Source: Flaccisagitta enflata
Taxonomy: Eukaryota
DNA length: 64,000 nt
Assembly: GCA_965153355.1 (NCBI GenBank)
Contig: OZ231126.1
Span: forward strand, 15,314,001 to 15,378,000
Reading direction: 5' to 3'
The position numbers were made by a program, and so were the translations under genes. The notes below the pieces were generated by a model. It had not been told where the DNA came from and did no database searches. It saw only the letters and a list, made by a program, of their open reading frames with translations. Shown in pieces: positions 47,964-63,814 of the stretch. Each line of letters begins with the position of its first letter. Position 1 is the stretch's first letter.

Positions 47964-49209
47964 AGTTGCATTTTTTCCTTGTTTTTTTACTTATTATGCT
48001 ATATTTTTTCTTCGTTTTTGCTTACCTTTTTTCTCTTCTTCATTGCGGTTTCAGTGTGTGTGTGTGTGTCTGTGTCTGTTTGTTTTTTTCCTTTATATCT
48101 TATTTTTTCTCTTCCTCTTTCTTTTGCTTTCTTTTTTTTCTTTTTATCATTTTTTTTTCTTATTTTTTTCTCTCTGGCAAATACCAAGACATATTTTTTT
48201 GTTACTATATTTACTAAAACAACCAACATAAACCCGTCACAAACCCGAGGAAAGGTTTTGAGGTATTCTGAACCCGAACCGAAACCGCAGAAAAAACCGC
48301 CATACGCAAGGCCTTACTCTCCAGGTCCTTGAATTAGCATCAAATCAGCCCTCCATGGCTCAGATTTTTCCCTCTAAACCTCAAAATTGCTCTCCCAGCC
48401 TTAATTTTGCCCTCCAGCTTTCAAATATGCCTCCTTTGGCCTAAATCAATCATCTAAAAACTAAATATGCCTTCTCAGGACGTCTGAAAATCCCCCCTGT
48501 GTTCTACATGCTACAGGACATCGGCCCTTTGGGGCCGCTGCCCTGCTCTCACTCCACTTCTTCACTGGGTTACTCCTAGCACACTCCTAGCTTACTCCAC
48601 ACACACAGAGAGACACACAGAGACACACAGAGACACACACTCTCTCTCTCACATTCTCTATTGCAGCCCCGTCGACGCGGTCGCCACGGAAGCCACCCAA
48701 CCTACACCTGGATTTAGGATGTAGCGCGCTGAATGCCAAAGCAGAACGAGTCGATTCCGCTCTGCCACTTCGCCAGCAACCTTGGTTCCATGGAAATATC
48801 AGCAGAACCGAGGCGGAAAGACTCCTAAGCTCCCAGAAAGAAGGCAGTTATCTTGTGCGGCAAAGCGAGAGCAAGAAAGAGGTTTGTTCCGTGCTCTAGT
48901 TTTTTCCCACTTGTCTAGTAATCCGATTTGTGGGATTGACAAGGATGTATTCACTATACCAATCGGTCGTTATTCATCGCTGATGTGATACAATCATCTT
49001 TTTAGGATTATTCTCTTTCGCTTCGGAGCGCCAAAGGCTTTATGCACATGAAAATCGTGCGTCAAAGTGATAAGTACATCTTGGGCCAATTCAGTCAACC
49101 CTACGCTAGCATTCCGGAGATGATAAACCACTACGCCAAAAACAAACTTCCGATTAAGGGCGCCACGCACATGTCTTTGTTATTTCCCGTGAAAGAAGAG
49201 TTGTTATAA
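30816..49209 (+). CDS. SH2-domain adaptor of the SHB/SHD/SHE/SHF family
   Basis: Exons 30816-31156, 36664-37199, 37557-37703, 37812-38336, 39253-39921, 40925-41242, 41505-41634, 42466-42920, 48667-48881, 49006-49209, all phase-consistent. C-terminal SH2 ERVDSALPLRQQPWFHGNISRTEAE...GSYLVRQSES..DYSLSLRSAKGFMHMKI...KLPIKGATHMSLLFPV; many YxxP motifs (YSDP, YCDP, YEDPWD). Confidence 0.9.
31521..34361 (-). CDS. LINE ORF2: APE-type endonuclease plus reverse transcriptase
   Basis: EN motifs HTNCQS, ALTE, VYRSP, GDFNLP, LDLIF, SDH; RT motifs KAAGPDG, FRPVALTS, QHGF, YFDYAKAFDKV, GTTQGTVLG, LADD. First ATG at 34361; the frame opens at about 34457. Confidence 0.95.
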   Translation of the reverse strand: MTSLNELTILHTNCQSAMNKKSEIRDFIDAHNPHVLALTEFGAATSVKDNELGIEGYTLYRGDHSDGKGGLGRGVGMYVHDSLNHSACPMLENGSFDCSTWSVIKLRDNKSLLLGAVYRSPNSSADNNQLLLEMIRRAATVKHEYLMICGDFNLPLINWSSHQSADSESSLSSCFLEMVEDLDLFQHVQNSTRFRGSQNSCLDLIFTNEENMVNDIQELPPLGKSDHLCQKWRLVVSEPIFKNTTKLRHNFKNANWEAMKKDLSTFELNSDDSPDEMNRILVEKINELKTKHIPLCRPKSNKNRLPWMKGAAIKKQRFLKWKTWKRFKQSDLPRDYDAYKIERNKLGDMIRSAKANYEKGLIADMKENPNLFHGHCRRSLNTKQGVSNVIDADGKLTETEEEAATALNTYYHSVFTYDDGLTPPPAFSEQTSERIQDVYLSVEGVEEVLQGLNPNKAAGPDGVESRILKECSKELAPLLYKIYRKSLDKGEVPQLWKEANIIPIHKSGSKAIMANFRPVALTSVLCKVLERMICSAIMSFLMTNGLLSEQQHGFVRGRSCQTNILLCLERWTEILDGGNAVDVAYFDYAKAFDKVSHRLLLIKLQAYGIDGKLLQWLKAYLENRQQRVAVGNALSDWLEVVSGTTQGTVLGFLLFLLFINDLPEACSPEEQSLVMLLADDTKCYQEIRKEERCNEEDQACLQKRIDCIAQWAKNWKMEINPKKSKVMHIGKENPHLPYTMNGSLIETVKVEKDIGFWVTDDLSTSTHVNKARCKALAEIARIRRNFTYIDKRAFCVLYNQRIRPHLDYGMAACPPGSSADSKLLEAVQSKATAMVYGLKKLNSEERRKKLELMTLEQRRDRGDMIEVFKMLKGLTRINPNQFWEVREARGGPRLVKEMAVNGRKQRHGFFSYRVIQKWNLLPGEIKMAPSLDSFKNRLDDRLMKTD
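34451..35677 (-). CDS. LINE ORF1: PHD-type zinc finger, coiled coil, RRM-like region
   Basis: CSKC...CQEC....CFTC...WKCKTC, a heptad-rich middle region, REKNLIFGNIPE, IRVG, DRTYNQRE; ATG at 35677. Confidence 0.85.
   Translation of the reverse strand: MVDKCSKCTIVVNRKNEGRPGVKCQECQVEYCFTCAELPAKFCEMMREMGKSMWKCKTCEEKSKNLQSVLESLQQDMTTIKKGQEDQQAERQKVLEGLKQIDGVAQRIEQIEAVQTENKGRLDAHDEAIKKNSEKMKEMEKKNDEMEKRLKNMDGETPNVRQTNAVIRDIREIEKREKNLIFGNIPEPTQNEAEDRKKQDEEKVDEILRELGIDVKPTKVIRVGQKGRYPRKALAIFTLVEDCERILEKAESVKLANDVFIMRDRTYNQREEARLFRLEREREENAENAGNVTTEAERGRGKRRGRPPGRGNGSVRGRGATATRAARWPQGDRRPYSRKRKNSVEDDAAKRQRTSPVANDNDTGGQSPGTGPDQTPTRTLQGTDTRPATPHPMQQQPLSATAGGSNDF
38393..38733. mobile_element. MITE with CAGTAGATGTC TIR and TA flanks
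   Basis: ta|cagtagatgtcatctagacttggaaatacgggg ... ccccgtatttccaagtctagacgacatctactg|ta; a degenerate relative spans about 49750-51185. Confidence 0.8.
38831..39198. mobile_element. Degenerate foldback MITE
   Basis: caatgagagggg..aatcgctagcacccctacc and ggtaggggtgcaagcgattt..cccctctcactg; inner arms aattcccgccatcgaggc / gcctcgatggcgggaatt. Confidence 0.65.
40115..40895 (+). mobile_element. Family B repeat with an expanded 21-mer array (tcaggcctgaaatctgccctc)
   Basis: More than 20 tandem units at about 40205-40707 between family B subterminal inverted repeats. Confidence 0.75.
43355..44680 (+). mobile_element. Helentron/DINE-1-like element with ~305-nt internal tandem repeats
   Basis: 5' GTCCGCGACGGAA with a hairpin, (gtc)n, repeats starting at about 43591, 43896 and 44200, and 3' TTCCGTCGCGGAC at 44656-44668. 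Confidence 0.7.
44716..47651 (+). mobile_element. Element with subterminal IR carrying a 29-nt satellite (58-nt dimer) and a 22-mer array
   Basis: TTGTGTTCCACGA at 44716 and TCGTGGAACACAA at 47619, then a tggcaaacgcca hairpin; arrays at about 44790-47220 and 47225-47530. Confidence 0.7.
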
Positions 49210-50699
49210 TAGTGCTTGACTTAGCGGTTTGACAATGTACCCATATCAACTTTATCGTACCAATAGTTCACGTAATCATAACCAGTATCTAACAAGTTAC
49301 TTCTTGCGATAATCATGTAAAGATGACTTGTTATCGACTTAATTATATTCGTTTTAAAAAAGAAAATCGTGCATGATGAGGTTGATTGTAGAAATCCAAT
49401 CGAATTGTATTTTTTCCGCTTTTTATTCGAAACTCATAAATACTCCTAGTCTAACCTCTAATCTTCCCAATATTCACCGTCAATCAAATAGTCTTTGTCT
49501 TAGCCTGGTGCTTTACAGGATGCAAGTGGTTATTGGGTCGCTTCGAGGCGATGGACGTCATAGCGTGGGTATTTACGGTGTTAACATGCGTAGAATGCAA
49601 TCAAACCGCCACTTTATCCCCCGAGCCGCGTTCTCAACTCATGACTTTCCCATAGGTCAATTACTGTAGTCTATCCGTGTTGTCCCTCGATAATGTTTCA
49701 TTATTCTGCCGTATCTCTGGTTTGCCAGGTAAGAAGCATAAATTATTGTAGTCACGTCGTCTAGACTTGGAAATACAGGGAGCTCATATCCTGTTTATGT
49801 TTAACTATATGCCATGCTGTATAACCGTATGCTACTGTAAACTGAAATATTTGAAAAAACATGCGTTCGTCACATTTTGTATCAACCCAATTTCCCCCAG
49901 TCTACGGAAGGAAAGATTAAGGAAGGAAGGAGGAAAGATTAGGGTCTCATCTGATACGGTGTGGTTTGTGGAAAAACCGCCTAGAGGAAGGTGTTTTTAT
50001 TTTACTTGACAAACTTCATATTTGAAATATACATTGTTCAATTGATGTTTTTGTTGCGCAGTTTTTTTTGGTTGGTATGGAAACAAAAATTTTTTTTCAT
50101 GAATGTTTATAATTACTAGTATATCAATATTTTGACAGATATAATTAGGTAACATTGCTCAAAATTGAATTTGCTACATCTTTCTCAGACTCAGTATGTT
50201 CTGTGAGAATATCTTTTGTTTGGCTCTTGCTTGGGGGCATCACACCTAGCAACAGCTAAATGATTCTCCCTAGCAACAGCTTAAACAGCGATATTCTTAC
50301 ACGACATACTGTGGGTCAGTTGTTGTAAATTTAATTTTGAGCAATTTTCACTCATTACATGAATACATTGATGTTTCAGCAGTTATTGATTGAAAAAAAT
50401 AATTTTGGTGAAAAACTCAGGAATGCAAGTATCAATTAAACAACTTGTATTTCAAAAATTAAGTTTGTTCAATGAAATTATTACACTTATATACCTTCCT
50501 CCAGCTATCCAGTTTAGGCCGTTTCCTCGAACCCCACTGTAGCTATTGTCTGTACCAATGGTGCTATCAGCGTGTTTGAGTTTTATCCCCTGAGTGTAGT
50601 TATGGCCCTTAAAATGAGTAAAATTGTGCATTTTTAGTCGCGTGCACGCGTCTCTACAACCTACTTTACGTTTTTTATCACTTTTATTTCTTTAAGTCA

Positions 50700-50963
50700 T
50701 TTTTAGTCATTTTAAGTAATGTAAAGGCATTCTGAGTCATCCTAAGTCATCCTAAGTCATTCTAAGTCATTCTAAGTCATTCTAGGTCATTCTAAGTCAT
50801 TCTAAGTCATGCTAAGTCATGCTAAGTCATGCTAAGTCATGCTAAGTCATGCTAAGTCATGCTAAGTCATGCTAAGTCATGCTAAGTCATGCTAAGTCAT
50901 GCTAAGTCATGCTAAGTCATGCTAAGGCATGCTAAGGCATGCTAAGGCATGCTAAGGCATGCT
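50700..50963. repeat. 10-nt minisatellite (gctaagtcat)n inside a family C repeat
   Basis: Directly visible, with a gradient of variants tctaagtcat > gctaagtcat > gctaaggcat. Confidence 0.9.
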
Positions 50964-52351
50964 CATGATCTCAGTCTTTCTAAGTCATTTTAAGTCAGAA
51001 AGTCTCACACGCAACTTATAGGTGTTGGCCTTGTTTCGTAAAGAAGAGCTGTGTATGACTCTTTGAACAGCCATTATTTCAGATAAAGGACATGACTCGG
51101 AAAACGCTCTGATGGCGCTATTTCTATTAGCAGCAGCACTCTATGATCACCCCACATTTCTACGTCTAGACGATATCAATTGTATTTTGATTCAAGATGG
51201 TATTCCACCATTTCCATGATTAAATGAATTAGAGACATCGTCTGATCTTAGCCTCGCGTTCAAGCTGGAAATGGAAAGAAATCAATACTGGTCATGAAAC
51301 GAGGTCATGAAAAGCCTGCTCTTTACCTGGGCAAGGCAAAGTAGCAGTTGAGTTGCGCGAAACGCTGCGATTTGGGCAGACCCGTTTTAGTATTAAAGTG
51401 GTTTGTACGCTTTTAATCTGTCATATGGGTGGTCTAGGTGTAAACGTAAAACCCGTTTGATAACATAGTTGATAGTACGAAACGTTGTTCATTCGTTTTT
51501 CCTTTAGCTTGTAGTCATTCTCTACATCAGTGTTTTTCCTTTTAAATAGTTTTTGAAAATGTTATGACTTGGTTAGCTGTTTTTTTTTTACGTGGGTGGG
51601 ATGGCCGCGTCGTCGTGTTTGTTCGTGTGAACGGATTCTTATCTACGCGCGCTTTCGAAGTTGTTGTTGAATGTTGATCTTTTTCGCGTGATGTTGGCGT
51701 CTCACCCGTTTGCGACTTTCTTATTTTGGATGGTCTAGTCGTCCATCTTAGTTTACCCTTTTTATTAGCTCAATTCACAAAAAGAAGTCGCTTTAGGCGT
51801 CATAAATCTGTAAGTCACTAACTAGAATTCATATCGCTCATTTCTGCCACAGGGATGCTCTTTGTAAGTTTTTGTAGGACTAAAAAAGACTTATTCAAAG
51901 CATCCCTGTTGCAAAAATGAGCACCAGTGCTAAAAACAGCTAGAAAATATGATTTTTAACGCCCCAAACGATTTCAAATATTGTGAACAAAGCCATTATC
52001 ATTTGTACTTAGTCTCTCTCCTAGCTCCCCCCTCTCTCTCTCTCTCAAGTGTTTTTTAAGGAAAAATGTTAGATTTCATGATGATTGCTTTTTTTGATAC
52101 TCACCCGTTGTCCAGATAAGATGAAAACCTCGGCATGTTTCTTGCTGTTGTTTTTTCCTTACGTTTGTTACCTATTGCCTTTCTTGGATTTACCCATTGG
52201 TTATTACTTTAAAGAAAAGATTAATCGGTACCTTTCTCTGGTGTTGGCATTGTTAAACTTTTTTTGTATTTTTGCTCTTTTTGCGACCTTTTTCCTTGCA
52301 GATAATTACTACGAAGCGATTCCGCGTTTCCTCGCTCGCCGTTTACTAACC

Positions 52352-52873
52352 ATGAGTGACTCTGAGAATGATCTTCCCTCCGATGAAGAGGAGGATGACG
52401 ACTACGTTCCATCGGGGGAAGAAGTTCAGGAAGAGGCAAGGGAAACTATTGGTCGTGCTTTTCTCATACTGAAAGGAGACTGTTCCATTCAGGGGCGTAT
52501 TTGAGCTCAAATTTTTGGGGCAGCAAGCCAAAATCTGTGTCCCAACGAGTCTTGTGTCCTGATGATTTTTCTATTACCTATGTAGCTAATTATGCAACTT
52601 ATATTACTAATTAGTATTGCTTTTTAATGTTTTAATATTTCCCTCTTGGGGGAAAAGTGGAATCGTTTTCCATCGGAGATTACTAAAGAGAACTTTGACT
52701 TTTTGGTGAAAACTTGGAATTGAGAGTGATTCAGGTGGATTTTGTTGATGAAGAAGGTAAAGGCCAACAACCTAGACAACTAAATGAATAGCCGAGGGGA
52801 TGAATAGGCTCGGTAGATCGATCCCATAAAACTCCATTGTATTACAGCTGGAAACATTTTGAACCTCCCTCTC

Positions 52874-52963
<90 letters not shown>

Positions 52964-54950
52964 GTGTCCCGATGGAGATTGTGCCCCAACAGAAAGGGCA
53001 GCAGCTGCTGCCCCTGACGCCCCGTCAAATACGCCCCTGGTTCCATTGGCAGTCGAACTGTGTAATGTAATCAACTAATGTTGAATATGTCCCATTCGCA
53101 CAGGCGTCGGAACCAGATGATTCCGAGCCGTCGGACGAGGAAGACGAGGAAGGAGATTCCGGCGAAAAGCGACGGGTGGGCGAGAGGCAAAGCGCCAGAT
53201 TAAAGGTAAGCAGGACTTTCCGAACTTATTTAGACAGAACCAAGCGTTCTTATTTGTTCTTATTTGTAGACGCATCTCGAGTATCGACTCTGTGCCACAC
53301 TGATGCACATGTATGCACATGCATATGTTCCCGTCGCCTATTTTCATTGAGATTTCGAAATTGGGATTTCCTTTGAATTTTCGTTTCACAGAAAAACGAG
53401 AAGAAAGCGGCTAAGGCGAGCAGCCTGAAGAGAGGTGAGCAGGTGTGATACGCAGCGCAAGAAACTTATTCTAATCCCCCATCAAACGATTGCGTATTGA
53501 AATTTCATGAAACAAATCCATGTAGGCCGAACGCGGAGAGGAGTTCCGTTTGGGGGTGAAGAATCAAATGGAAGTGAATCCACAGAAACTCCCTCGAAGA
53601 AAGCAAAGCCGGGTCCCCAGGTCATCTTCCTTCGTCGATTAATTTGTTGATTAATTGGTTCTTATCCACTGACGGAACGACCGAACTACCAATTGATCGA
53701 AAAATATTATGTCTCGGGGATCAATGGTACCGGTAATGGCGACTGTCGCCGTAAGGAAAAAAGTCGAAGATTTTGTCACTTTTTATTAAGTTTTTGTTTT
53801 TGGTTACTGTAAATTTTTTTACTTGTTAGATCAAATCAAGGGCAATTGTATGTATTGATTGCACTGAAAATCGGGGAAAAATAGAACTGATCCAGATGGG
53901 CTGAAATGCTCAAAATCATTCAATCAGACAACCAGCTACGCTCACTGATATGCTTTCTTGTATTTGCATGCTCAAATTAAAACATTTGTTTATTTATCCT
54001 ATTTAAAATCAGAAAAGGGGACTGAGCTAAATGGGCTAGAATATTTAAAAAACATCTTTAGAGATGAGCAACCATGCTCACTGACATGCTTTCTCGTATT
54101 TGTTTGTTTAAACATGTATGAAATTATTATTTGTTAATCATATTTGAAATCAGAAAAAAAATGAGCGGGATCAGCAAAATAAGTTAAAATGCTCAAAAAT
54201 ACCCTCACAGATGAGCAGCTATGCTCATAAACATGTTTTCATTTGTTTGCATGCTCAAAAAAATATGAATACACTCGTGTATTGATCCTACTTAAAATGA
54301 TGAAAAATCCAAAGAAATTCAATTTGAAGTTTTTGTGGATAAATCTTTAAAGAATTCTAACGCCAAAAATATTTGTTAAAAAGCATTCTGCTTGGCGCCA
54401 AATGAAAGAGAATCATCAAATTTACTTACCTTACTAATTTTGTCCGAGGGACCAATCGCACGATAAAGTTCTGCTAGGCGCCAAATGAAAAAGAATTATC
54501 AAATTTACTTACTTTACTAATTTCGTCCGAGGGACCAATCGCTCGATAAAGTCTTCAAACTTATTCATGAGAAAATAAAAAAAAAACATGTTTTTCTGGA
54601 ATATAATAAAAAGTCGAAGACTGACTTCGACTTTTTTTCCCGATCATTCATTTGATTGGCATTGATTACAGACGGAAGAAGAAGAGAAGAAACGCGTCGA
54701 CGATTTGTGGGCGTCTTTCCTCTCGGACGTGAACCAGCCTAAAGCCAAACCCACTTCAAAAGTCCTCGTTCAGAAAGGTGATAATCTCACTGCCTTTTTA
54801 GGTGCGACAAAGCACCTCTATAACTGGCTGTGTCCGTCGGTTGGTCTGTCTGTCTGTCGGTCGGTTGGTCTGTAACGCATTTGTTCGACGATCCACACGT
54901 CGCACCTTTTGGCCTACTTGGCCTTGTTCTGTGTGTGTGTGTGTGTGTGT

Positions 54951-55043
<93 letters not shown>

Positions 55044-57047
55044 CCTCCGTTGTTTGACGGAATGATTGATGATTTTGCTCCTGGTCGGTTTCTTCATAAC
55101 CTAATTATTTTTTACCCTCGGCAATTCGTTCTGGCTTACAGGGACGAAAGTCGAAGTGGAGGGTGGGGACTCCTCGAGTTCAGACTTGGTCGCCGGGCCC
55201 ACCAGCAACAACTCCTCAACCGGGCAGCAGCAATCGACCTCATCGGCCTCGTCCTCCCCGACAAAATCTTCCAACACATCGGAGAAAATCACCATAACAA
55301 AAGTCTTTGACTTCGCCGGGGAAGAGATCAAAGGTGCCGTCTGCGGGTGATTGAACATCATGCATGGGCCGAATTGTGTGCATTGTGTGTCGCCTTATGG
55401 GGCCTGTGCGTTGTTGGTTAAGACTCACTGGGCATAGGTGCAAGAGTGTGTGATTACTGCGTGACGTGTGAAGTGTTTTGTGTGTTGGCAGTGCGACTGT
55501 ATTAATCGCCTCTCCCGAAAATGCAGTGACGAAGGAAGTATCATTGGACTCGGAGGAGGCTAAGGAAGAGCTCGCAAAGCGTGAGGCGGACACTGCGAAA
55601 ACTTCTTCAACATCGACGTCAGCCATGACCACGGAGGCCGACTCGCCATCCTCACCAGCCACTCCGGCGGCCGCTGCCCCATCTCCCTCTGCGACCGCAT
55701 CGCCAACACCGTCCGCGAAACCCGCATCACTGAAGACCGCGGTTCTATCTGGCCCAAGCGGTAGTAGCGCCGTCGATAAAATCCTCAATCTCGGGAAGCA
55801 GAAGGCGTCGGCCGCGTCTGGTACATATTGAGTTTGATATACACCGGCAGTGATTCATGTTAGATGACAATTTTACCGGCCTATATATAGTTCTACATCC
55901 CCCCCGGGGGGGGGGGGGGAAATTACAGACAAAAGTGAAATACAAGAAGTTAACCCCTCAAAAACTGTAGCACCCCCCCCTACAGCCGCAACCGCTGAAT
56001 AAAGAAACGCATATAAGATAAGGAATAGAAGCTTATATCAATACAATTAGCCTCATCAGAGCGATTTTGGAATTTCTATCCCAATAAAAAGTTATAGCTA
56101 AAAAACTATCCAAAATTAACATTTTTTAAATAATGCTAAAAGTACAATTTTTCACTAGTTTTTTTGCTATAATTCTTCATTGGGAATGAAATTCCAAAAA
56201 CGCTCTGATGAGGCTAATTGTATTGATGTAAGCTTCCATTCCCTACCTTATATGTCTTTCTTCATTTGGTGGTTTAAGCTGTAGGGGGGGGTGCTACAGT
56301 TTTTGGGGGGTTAACTTCTTGTATTTCACTTTCGTCTGTAATCAAAGGGTTTGGAGATGGGGAAGGAAACTTCAGGGGAAAAAAAAAAGAAAAAAAGAAA
56401 ATTTAAAGAAAATAACACTTTTGGCAATACCAAATCATAAAAACTGATTAGTAAAACACAAATTAACATTATTTGAACCTCAATAACACTTATATTGCTA
56501 TATTGGGAAAAAAATCTTAGATTTTGTAACGCGATGTGGGGAAGAAAATCAAAGGCCAGGGGAGGGGGAAATTAAAGGTCATGGAACTGAAAACATCCCT
56601 GCAATTTTATGATTGTCGCTTTGCAGTAAATGTAAATGGACCATATGCATATACAAATCCGTTTTCAATGCGTCTGCTTACATATGCAGTTGAGCCATTG
56701 CGAATATCTTCATTTAAGTGTGTACATACTATTTTAGGCATGTATCTGCTTTTTCGTACAACGGTTGACAACCACGCGCCCTTTATATTGTTCACGCCAT
56801 AGGTTCGCCGAAGGCTGGTCTCTCCAACATCATGGACAAAATCTCCGGGGGTCCCAAGAAGAAAATGAGCGTCTTGGATAAAACTGCTTTAGACTGGAAA
56901 AACTTTAAGGATAAAGAAGGTATTTCCGAAGAGTTGGCCACGTTTAACAAAGGGAAAGGTGGCTACTTGGAAAAGCAGAAGTTCCTTCAACAAACCGATT
57001 ACAGGCAGTATGAGGCCGAAAGAGATATGCGACTCGGCAAGAGATGA
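52352..57047 (+). CDS. CFDP1: Craniofacial development protein 1 / BCNT (Swc5/Yeti orthologue)
   Basis: Exons 52352-52435, 53104-53205, 53392-53434, 53526-53620, 54672-54777, 55142-55333, 55527-55820, 56803-57047. Acidic N-terminus DEEEDDDYVPSG, DDLWASFLSDV, KITITKVFDFAGEEIKVTKEV, BCNT-C domain KMSVLDKTALDWKNFK...GYLEKQKFLQQTDYRQYEAERD. Confidence 0.95.
55926..56338. mobile_element. Foldback MITE with TA TSD inserted into another repeat
   Basis: ta|cagacaaaagtgaaatacaagaagttaaccc ... gttaacttcttgtatttcactttcgtctg|ta; the uninterrupted host site (aaaataatcaaaggg) is visible at about 19576. Confidence 0.8.
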
Positions 57048-57497
57048 CTGCTGCCCATATTATCCGAACTTTGGTTTGTCTTAAGACCCTTTTTTTCACG
57101 CGTGCTGATTGGATCATTGGTAATGGTACACATGATCGACATGCATTATGATGAATTGCCGTTGCAATTCCCCAAGATCGTTGTAACTTCTCTCCGATAT
57201 TGTCTTATGCAATGTATGGGCTTTTGCAAGCCCTTGCACAATACACTGTTGCCATCCTGTTTGAGACTGCATTGGGAGAAAATTGGTCCTCTCTCTGGTT
57301 TTATCAAACCACTTGTATCATCGTTTTTGCGCTTTAACCTGTTGCATTATGATTATGTTAACCAGAAATTTCTTACAGTTTTGATGTTTTAGGGTTGATC
57401 GTAGAATTTGCGTTCGCTCAGGATTACTTCACTCAAGTTTCATGAAGGCAGCTAGTTAGCTTGCTCTCTTACATTCCTGTATACGAACTATGAAGAT

Positions 57498-58795
57498 TTG
57501 ACGGTATGTTTTCCCTCTCATGTGCTCAAAACCCATGTACCCGATCCTTTTTTATTACTTTTATAATATTACTACCTAGAACTAAAGAGATTTGGGATTT
57601 TTGATCCATTTTAGGGACCGCGAGTTCCATTTATTTATCACCACTCCAAGGTGGTTGTGGTGAAAATGTTGAAATTTGGTCACTTTGGGCTAAAAATTGG
57701 GCCACTTTGGTTTGGAAATTTGACCCAAAATCTGTGAGATTATGAAACTAGAGCTCAAGAGCTAACCAGTGGTGCAATCCGCATGTTGCCATCATTTTTT
57801 GTTAAGATTTGAGAGCTTTTCAAAGATGGAAGGGTATGAGGGTTATTTTTACCAATTGAATTTGGTGGTCAATTTTGACATTTTTTACATTTTTTGTGAT
57901 ATCTCCACTTTGGATAGACAAATCTGGATGAAATTGGTGACCAAATTGAAGAGTTTTTGATGCTCTAACTGAATCTGGTAAAATTTTTGATCAATACGAC
58001 CCTCAAAATTTTGGGGGGACTCTAGAAGCAGGTGCTAAAAAGTGATTTTTTTCGCCATTTTGGCTACTTTGGTCAAAAAATTTGGACACTTCCGAGATAG
58101 AAAATGACAAAAAATCAGTGGGCAAATTAAACTACTGTTCAAGATCTAACCAATGGTGCAATCGGCATGTTGATATGTTGAAGCATATAGATTTGGCAGA
58201 GCTTTTAGGCTGATATTGACCAAAAAATGTCATTTTATTATACCCACTGATCTTTGAAGCTTTGCCAAATGTATATGCTTTAACCTATTGACATGCCGAT
58301 TGCACCAATGGTTAGATCTTGAACAGTAGTTTAATTTGCCCACTGATTTTTTGTCATTTTCTATCTCAGAAGTGCCCAATTTTTTGACCAAAAGCCAAAA
58401 TGGTGAAAAAACAACTTTTAACCTGCTAAGTCTCCCAAAAATTTCGTCAAAATTTTACCAGATTCATCAAGTATCAAAAACTCTTCAATTTTCATTTTCA
58501 TCAGATTAATCATCAAAGATATAAAATGTAAAAATGTAAAGTTGCAATTAGTAAAAATCGTTGATTCATCAAATGTACAATCTGCATATGTGAGGTTGCA
58601 ATTAGATCTTGTAATTGATGTCTCATGATTTTTTTCAAGTTCAGAATCAAGCCATCCTAACCATCCAAAATTTCTTCTGGTTCCCACGTAGAGTGATAAA
58701 TGGAATTATGATAAATCAAATCTTAGTTCTATGTTTTTTATCAGAACGGGATCAGGTACGGTTTTGAGCACATGAGGGGGAAAACATACCGTCAA
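57498..58795. mobile_element. 1.3-kb foldback element with 8-bp TSD (ATGAAGAT)
   Basis: atgaagat|TTGACGGTATGTTTTCCCTCTCATGTGCTCAAAACC ... GGTTTTGAGCACATGAGGGGGAAAACATACCGTCAA|atgaagat; inner arms at about 58050-58175 and 58290-58410. Confidence 0.8.
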
Positions 58796-59344
58796 ATGAA
58801 GATGCCTGACTCGCAACGTTCGATCAAAGAAAATGCGCATGTCGGTAGAAAAGATATATTCCGTCGGTAGGATTCATCTGGGGCGATAACAACGGGAAGC
58901 AAAATTTCGATAAGGTAATTTCGTATGGAGTTTGCGTCAGGTCACGTGATCTTGAGACATGATCTCGTGAGTCATTGAACAAGTTGTATGAGACAGCGGT
59001 ATTATTGCACGGCTGCGCAGTAAAAAAATGTTGCATAACATAATACTAGTCATAACAAAAAAAAATATGGAAGGACCGGTTGCCTCATCGCGGTGAGATT
59101 TAATATAAACGAAGGGGAAAATGACAAAACGGCGAACTAGGTCTATATAACTCGAGAATGCGAACGGGATACGTCAATTGCTCAAATGCAAGTGGAAAAG
59201 ATAAATGTCCTCGCCATCGAATGAGATTCCTCAAAAGGCGAAAATCTTGGTAAATGAGACTAGATTGGAAAGATGTTTGGTAATAAGAATAGCTAGTTCT
59301 CGGATGTGATTCAGAGTAGTTTCACCCCGCGCAGTCACAGGCCG

Positions 59345-63814
<4,470 letters not shown>

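Larger units (their letters stand above)
43265..48316. mobile_element. hAT-like non-autonomous element (12-bp TIR, 8-bp TSD) inserted into a family B copy
   Basis: ctctccag|TAAGGCCTTGCG ... CGCAAGGCCTTA|ctctccag; TSD at 43257-43264 and 48317-48324. Confidence 0.85.

Noticed and set aside
52076-52150. C/D snoRNA (ATGATGA box C)
   Set aside because: No properly placed CTGA box D or terminal stem.
52735-52756. Possible CFDP1 micro-exon (ttcag|GTGGAT...GAAG|gtaaag)
   Set aside because: 22 nt, which would shift the frame between phase-0 flanking exons.
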